Positions 59,532-64,000 of a stretch of 64,000 nt of DNA are shown in pieces. The stretch spans positions 704,001 through 768,000 of the forward strand of contig CAVYGN010000001.1 in NCBI GenBank assembly GCA_963768055.1. The letters are read 5' to 3'. The notes under the pieces were generated by a model that was not told where the DNA came from, made no database searches, and was given only the letters and a program-made list of their open reading frames with translations. The position numbers were made by a program, and so were the translations under genes. Each line of letters opens with the position of its first letter. The first letter of the stretch is position 1. This DNA comes from an uncultured Spirochaetota bacterium (GTDB taxonomy: Bacteria; Spirochaetota; Brevinematia; Brevinematales; JAOACQ01).

Positions 59532-59933
59532 ATGGAGAATTTATCCGGATTGCTTAAAATCGAAGAAGCTGCCGTAAAAACAGGGCTGACAAAAAGGGCC
59601 TTAAGGTATTATGAGGAATTAAAGCTCATATTTCCCGTACGAGGAGAGTCGGGTTACAGGATGTATACCGGCGAAGACATTGAAAAGGTCCTGAGGATCA
59701 AGGAGATCAAGAGCAGCCTTGGATTCGGATTGAACGAAATCAAGGATATTTTCGAACTGGAAAAGAATCTTATAACTATTATAAAAGATAAGAATTATGA
59801 TACCGCTTTGATAGGCAGTTCCATTAAAGAGATTAACAGGCAGATCCTTCTGATTGAGGACAAGGAAGCCACACTGAAAAGGGTCAAAAGGAAATATCAT
59901 GCTATTCTCAAGCAGTTGAAGGAAATAAAATGA
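59532..59933 (+). CDS. MerR family transcriptional regulator
   Basis: RALRYYEELKLI, GYRMY, LGFGLNEIK. Confidence 0.92.
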   Translation: MENLSGLLKIEEAAVKTGLTKRALRYYEELKLIFPVRGESGYRMYTGEDIEKVLRIKEIKSSLGFGLNEIKDIFELEKNLITIIKDKNYDTALIGSSIKEINRQILLIEDKEATLKRVKRKYHAILKQLKEIK

Positions 59934-61390
59934 AAAAGATCGATTACAAGTGGATCGCTCTCTCCTGCACATCGATAGGGTTGTTTTTTGCCGTTATAAG
60001 CGGTAATACCCTGATCGTAGCGCTGCCGGTTATAATGAAGGACCTGAATGCGTCATTTCAGGAGATCATCTGGAGTATGATGGGTTTTATGTTTATAATG
60101 AGCATTTTGGTCCCCGCGATTGGAAGAGTGGCGGATATGATAGGCAGGAAAAAGCTTTTTATTGCGGGTTTTATTGTATTTACCCTGGGTTCGCTGCTTT
60201 GCGCTTTTTCGAGGACTGGAACAGACCTTCTCTTATACAGGATGGTACAGGCGATCGGCGGGGCTCTAATGGCGGCTAACAGCGTGCCGATAATAACGGA
60301 CGCCTTCCACAGGAAAGAGCTAGGCAAGGCTTTAGGCATCAATGGAATGATAATAAGCATCGGCGGAGTTGTAGGGCCGGTCCTGGGGGGGCTTTTGATA
60401 AGCATGGGCTGGCGCTGGATTTTCTATATAAACGTCCCGATCGGCATTATCGGGACAATCTGGGCCGCAGTCCAGCTTAAGGAACTCGATGTACTTCCGG
60501 CGAAGCAGAAATTTGACTGGCCCGGGACAATCCTTTACTCAACCGGCATGCTTGCCCTGCTTCTTTTCCTTACCTTCGGCGGACTCTACGGATGGCTGAA
60601 ACCGGGAGTATTTATTGCGCTTGCAGGGGCTGTCATTTTATTGCCTCTTTTCGTTTATATAGAATTCCGGTCGGCTGAACCCCTGCTGGACATGAGGCTT
60701 TTCGAATCAAGGGCGCTGGCATTTGCATACATGTCAAATCTTCTAAACGGCATAGCCAGAGGAGCGGTTACCTTTCTCCTTATCTTTTATTTCCAGGGGA
60801 TAAAAGGGATCGACCCTATCCAGGCCGCTGTAATGCTTATACCCTTTGTACTGCCGCAGATGATCGTAGCCCCTGTTTGCGGATGGCTTTCCGACAGGAT
60901 CGGTTCAAGAATCCTGAGTTCCATCGGGCTCTTTGTATCCGCCCTTGGATTTTTAGGGCTTATCTGGATAAAGCCCGAGAGTTCTTATATGGAATTATCA
61001 ATAGCAATGATAATTATCGGAATAGGCTCCGGTATGTTCTTTGCGCCGAACAACAAAGCCATTATGGAAGCGGTTCCTGTTGAAAGAAGGGGCATAGCGG
61101 GCGGGGTACGCACTATGATGAATAATCTCGGCATGATCGTCAGCATGGCGCTCTGCATGACCGTTATTATTTCCTGCATCACACCGGAAGCCTTCTCCGG
61201 GCTTATGACAGGGACACAGGTCGGTTCAAAGGGTATTGCCGTAAAGGAATTTATTTCAGGTTTGAGAATACTATTCTTAATCTCATTTTTGATCAGCATA
61301 TTTGCAGCCTTTATTTCATATCTGAGAGGGAGTCTGCCTGACTGGCGGCATGACACTGCGCATCAGCAGAAACAAACAGTAGATTTTTAA
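59930..61390 (+). CDS. MFS drug:H+ antiporter (DHA2/EmrB-QacA type)
   Basis: GRVADMIGRKK, GPVLGG, WRWIFYINVPIG. Confidence 0.92.
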   Translation: MKKIDYKWIALSCTSIGLFFAVISGNTLIVALPVIMKDLNASFQEIIWSMMGFMFIMSILVPAIGRVADMIGRKKLFIAGFIVFTLGSLLCAFSRTGTDLLLYRMVQAIGGALMAANSVPIITDAFHRKELGKALGINGMIISIGGVVGPVLGGLLISMGWRWIFYINVPIGIIGTIWAAVQLKELDVLPAKQKFDWPGTILYSTGMLALLLFLTFGGLYGWLKPGVFIALAGAVILLPLFVYIEFRSAEPLLDMRLFESRALAFAYMSNLLNGIARGAVTFLLIFYFQGIKGIDPIQAAVMLIPFVLPQMIVAPVCGWLSDRIGSRILSSIGLFVSALGFLGLIWIKPESSYMELSIAMIIIGIGSGMFFAPNNKAIMEAVPVERRGIAGGVRTMMNNLGMIVSMALCMTVIISCITPEAFSGLMTGTQVGSKGIAVKEFISGLRILFLISFLISIFAAFISYLRGSLPDWRHDTAHQQKQTVDF

Positions 61391-61407
61391 AATAATAGGA
61401 GCTTTTT

Positions 61408-62430
61408 ATGGCATTGATGAAAGCAATACAGGTAAAATCTCCCGGCGCGGATTTTGAACTGGTCAGAATGGAAATTCCAGTCCCTAAAGAGGACGAAGTC
61501 CTGATCAAAGTCCAGGCCTGCGGTATCTGCCATGGCGACGCAATAGTTAAAGAGGGCCATTATCCCGGGGTGAAATACCCCAGGATCCCGGGACATGAGG
61601 TGATCGGGATTATCGAGGGGCTCGGCCCCGGCGTTTCCGTATGGCAGGCAGGCCAGCGTGTCGGGGTTGGCTGGTACGGGGGCCCATGCCTTAAATGCGA
61701 CTCCTGCAGGAAAAAAGATTACGCTAATTGTGAAAGTTTTCTTACAACGGGGATTTCCTTCGACGGGGGCTATGCAGAGTATATGACCGCCCACATGCAG
61801 GCTTTAAATATTATCCCGGATAAGCTTTCCGCAATGGAAGCGGCGCCGCTGCTTTGTGCCGGCAGGACGACGTTTTCAGCCCTCCGCAACAGCGGCGCCA
61901 GAGGCGGAGACATAGTAGCCGTGCTGGGCCTGGGGGGCCTCGGGCACCTTGCGATCCAGTTTTCAAGGAAACTCGGCTTCTACACGGTGGCCCTATCCCG
62001 TGGAAAAGAGAAGGAAGAACTGGCTTACAAGCTGGGAGCTCATGCCTATATAGACACGAATGAGTCGAACCCGGCTACGGAGCTTAAGAAACTTGGCGGG
62101 GCCAGGGTTGTCATTGCCACGGCTCCAAGCGGAAAAGCGATACAGGATGTGATCAACGGCCTGTGTTTCGACGGGCAGGTGATTATTGTAGCCGGGCAGG
62201 GCGAACCTATGCAGGTCGTTCCAGGCCAGCTGCTGGGCGGAAGGCGCTCGATCAGGGGATGGGTATCAGGGCCCATAAGAAATAAACCTGATGATGCCCT
62301 TAATTTCAGCACAATATCCGGGGTTATACCCATGATCGAGGTTTTCCCGCTGGAACAGGCGGCCCTGGCTTATGAGAAAATGATCTCATCGAAGGTCCAT
62401 TTCAGATCGGTTCTTAAAGTATCCGATTAA
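61408..62430 (+). CDS. Zn-dependent alcohol dehydrogenase
   Basis: CGICHGD, PGHEV, CxxCxxC, GLGGLGH. Confidence 0.93.
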   Translation: MALMKAIQVKSPGADFELVRMEIPVPKEDEVLIKVQACGICHGDAIVKEGHYPGVKYPRIPGHEVIGIIEGLGPGVSVWQAGQRVGVGWYGGPCLKCDSCRKKDYANCESFLTTGISFDGGYAEYMTAHMQALNIIPDKLSAMEAAPLLCAGRTTFSALRNSGARGGDIVAVLGLGGLGHLAIQFSRKLGFYTVALSRGKEKEELAYKLGAHAYIDTNESNPATELKKLGGARVVIATAPSGKAIQDVINGLCFDGQVIIVAGQGEPMQVVPGQLLGGRRSIRGWVSGPIRNKPDDALNFSTISGVIPMIEVFPLEQAALAYEKMISSKVHFRSVLKVSD

Positions 62431-62443
62431 TTGGAGGTCAAAT

Positions 62444-63163
62444 ATGAATGAAATCCTTAAATTGATCTGTGAAAGGCATTCTTCAAGAGTGCCCTTTGAT
62501 GCCGGCCGGCCCCTGTCAGGAGAGGATTTGACAGAGATTCTCGAGGCGGCCCGGTGGACGCCTACAGCCCACAATATGCAGAATTTTGAAATAATCGTCG
62601 TTAAAGATAAGAAGGTCCTGGAAATGATCGGAAATATCAAACGGCCTGTTTCCGAGATCTTCATCAGGGAAAATTACCGGCAGTTGTCTTTTTCAGAAGA
62701 AGAGCTGATGAGAAAAAAAACAGGAATAATGGGTGCTATGTTTCCGCCCTCCTGGAGAAACCCCGATTTTAAACTTGATAAGGCGGATGAAAAAGAGATT
62801 GCTTCAATGCAGAGACCTTTACCGGCCGGCCCCATTTTGCTTATAGTGGTTTATGACCCCGGCAGGAGAGCCCCTGCTTCCGAGGGGGATTTTCTCGGGA
62901 TTATCAGCCTCGGCTGCTTAATGGAAAATATGTGGCTGGCGGCAGCATCACTGGGGATAGAAATGCATATAATCAGTTCACTGAGTTCCGAACCCGGGGT
63001 TAGAAAGATCCTGAATATTCCCGACAATCTTGTAATCGCTTTTTCATGCCGGCTAGGGTATCCGGTTTCAAAACCTGCCGCTTATCTCCGTGTGCGCAGG
63101 GATATTATGGATTTCATACATCACAATATATACGGGAATAAGGAGGAAAACAATGGCAATTAA
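62444..63163 (+). CDS. Nitroreductase family protein
   Basis: RHSSR, AARWTPTAHNMQ, ENMWLAAASLG. Confidence 0.88.
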   Translation: MNEILKLICERHSSRVPFDAGRPLSGEDLTEILEAARWTPTAHNMQNFEIIVVKDKKVLEMIGNIKRPVSEIFIRENYRQLSFSEEELMRKKTGIMGAMFPPSWRNPDFKLDKADEKEIASMQRPLPAGPILLIVVYDPGRRAPASEGDFLGIISLGCLMENMWLAAASLGIEMHIISSLSSEPGVRKILNIPDNLVIAFSCRLGYPVSKPAAYLRVRRDIMDFIHHNIYGNKEENNGN

Positions 63164-63959
63164 AGGAGAATGGATCAATTATGGAGACCAGAAGGGGTAC
63201 TTCGCATTTCCGGAAAAAGCCTCGGAGCCGCTTCCGGGTATCATTGTAATCCAGGAAGCATGGGGAGTAAATGAACACATAGAAGATGTTACTAGGCGTT
63301 TCGCCGCCGCGGGTTATGCGGCCCTGGCTCCCGACCTGTTTGCGGTCGGCGGAAGCAGGCCGGCTGTACTTTCCCGGCAAAGGATCGAAAAGGCCATACA
63401 ATTCATGAGAAAGCTTCCCCCGACTGTAATGGGGGATATGGCGGCCAGGGCGGCCGAGATTGCCAAGCTTCCCGAACCGGACAGGACCGAGATAAGCGAA
63501 ACCTTCGGCCAGTTATTCACGGGCCCGGGCAGGATGATGGAACATATACCAAAGCTAAAGGCGGCGGTTCATCACCTCAGGAAAGAGCGGTCGGAAACAA
63601 AGGATCAAAAGGTAGCCTGTGTCGGATTCTGCATGGGGGGAGGGCTTTCGGCCCTGCTTGCCTGTGAAGAACCTGAAATTTCAGGCGCCGCAGTCTTCTA
63701 CGGGACTACCCCCCCCGAGGATAAAATTCCATCCATAAACTGTCCTGTCATAGGGTTCTATGGCGCAAACGACCAGCGCGTCAACGCGGGGATTCCGGCT
63801 TTTGAAAAAGCTATGCGTAGTGCGGGAAAGTCTTATGAGCATTTTATCTACGAAGGAGCCAATCATTCCTTCTTCAATGACGACGGCCTGGTATATAATG
63901 TCAAGGCGGTCAGGGATTCATTCGTACGACTTTTGACATTCTTTTCCAAAACTCTTTGA
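63153..63959 (+). CDS. Dienelactone hydrolase family protein
   Basis: QEAWG, GFCMGG, GANHSFFND; AGGAGG RBS. Confidence 0.92.
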   Translation: MAIKGEWINYGDQKGYFAFPEKASEPLPGIIVIQEAWGVNEHIEDVTRRFAAAGYAALAPDLFAVGGSRPAVLSRQRIEKAIQFMRKLPPTVMGDMAARAAEIAKLPEPDRTEISETFGQLFTGPGRMMEHIPKLKAAVHHLRKERSETKDQKVACVGFCMGGGLSALLACEEPEISGAAVFYGTTPPEDKIPSINCPVIGFYGANDQRVNAGIPAFEKAMRSAGKSYEHFIYEGANHSFFNDDGLVYNVKAVRDSFVRLLTFFSKTL

Positions 63960-64000
63960 GGGGCGTCCGGGTAATTTCCTTATTTCTGTCAGGTTTTTTT

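Noticed and set aside
1..64000. Integron integrase, reverse transcriptase, tRNA or rRNA genes
   Set aside because: No tyrosine-recombinase or RT motif set and no complete structural RNA gene was recognised in the window.

Overview
Bacterial DNA with two compartments. (1) From about 1 to 34.5 kb is an AT-rich accessory region of about 35 short, mostly + strand genes of the kinds typically found in gene cassettes: GNAT, VOC/glyoxalase, DinB, SMR, MBL-fold, cupins, methyltransferases, an APH-type kinase, DJ-1, EthD and a class D beta-lactamase. Most junctions carry one family of intergenic element. Its pyrimidine-rich arm ('R', consensus gctcttccgctccctctgctttgcctgc) starts within about 20 nt of the upstream stop codon. 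R is closed either by a purine-rich arm or by a linker plus a sigma70-type promoter ('P', TTGATA-N17-TAGAAT) whose spacer sequence is also conserved. The full element has imperfect terminal inverted repeats. This looks like an integron-like cassette array built on a non-attC, promoter-carrying site. No recombinase is visible in the window. The region also holds three IS3-family copies with unusual ends, two IS21-family elements, and a defence-like sub-island at 12-20.3 kb with an interrupted HEPN gene, an attC-like hairpin and integrase arm-like repeats. (2) From about 34.5 to 64 kb is a more GC-rich backbone: a spermidine-synthase-like membrane protein, an Fsr-type MFS, an FMN reductase, a circularly permuted papain-like lipoprotein, a cyclic beta-1,2-glucan synthase, a PAS histidine kinase, an adenylate/guanylate cyclase, and a MerR-MFS-ADH-nitroreductase-dienelactone hydrolase operon. 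All product calls come from motif recognition by eye, not from database searches.
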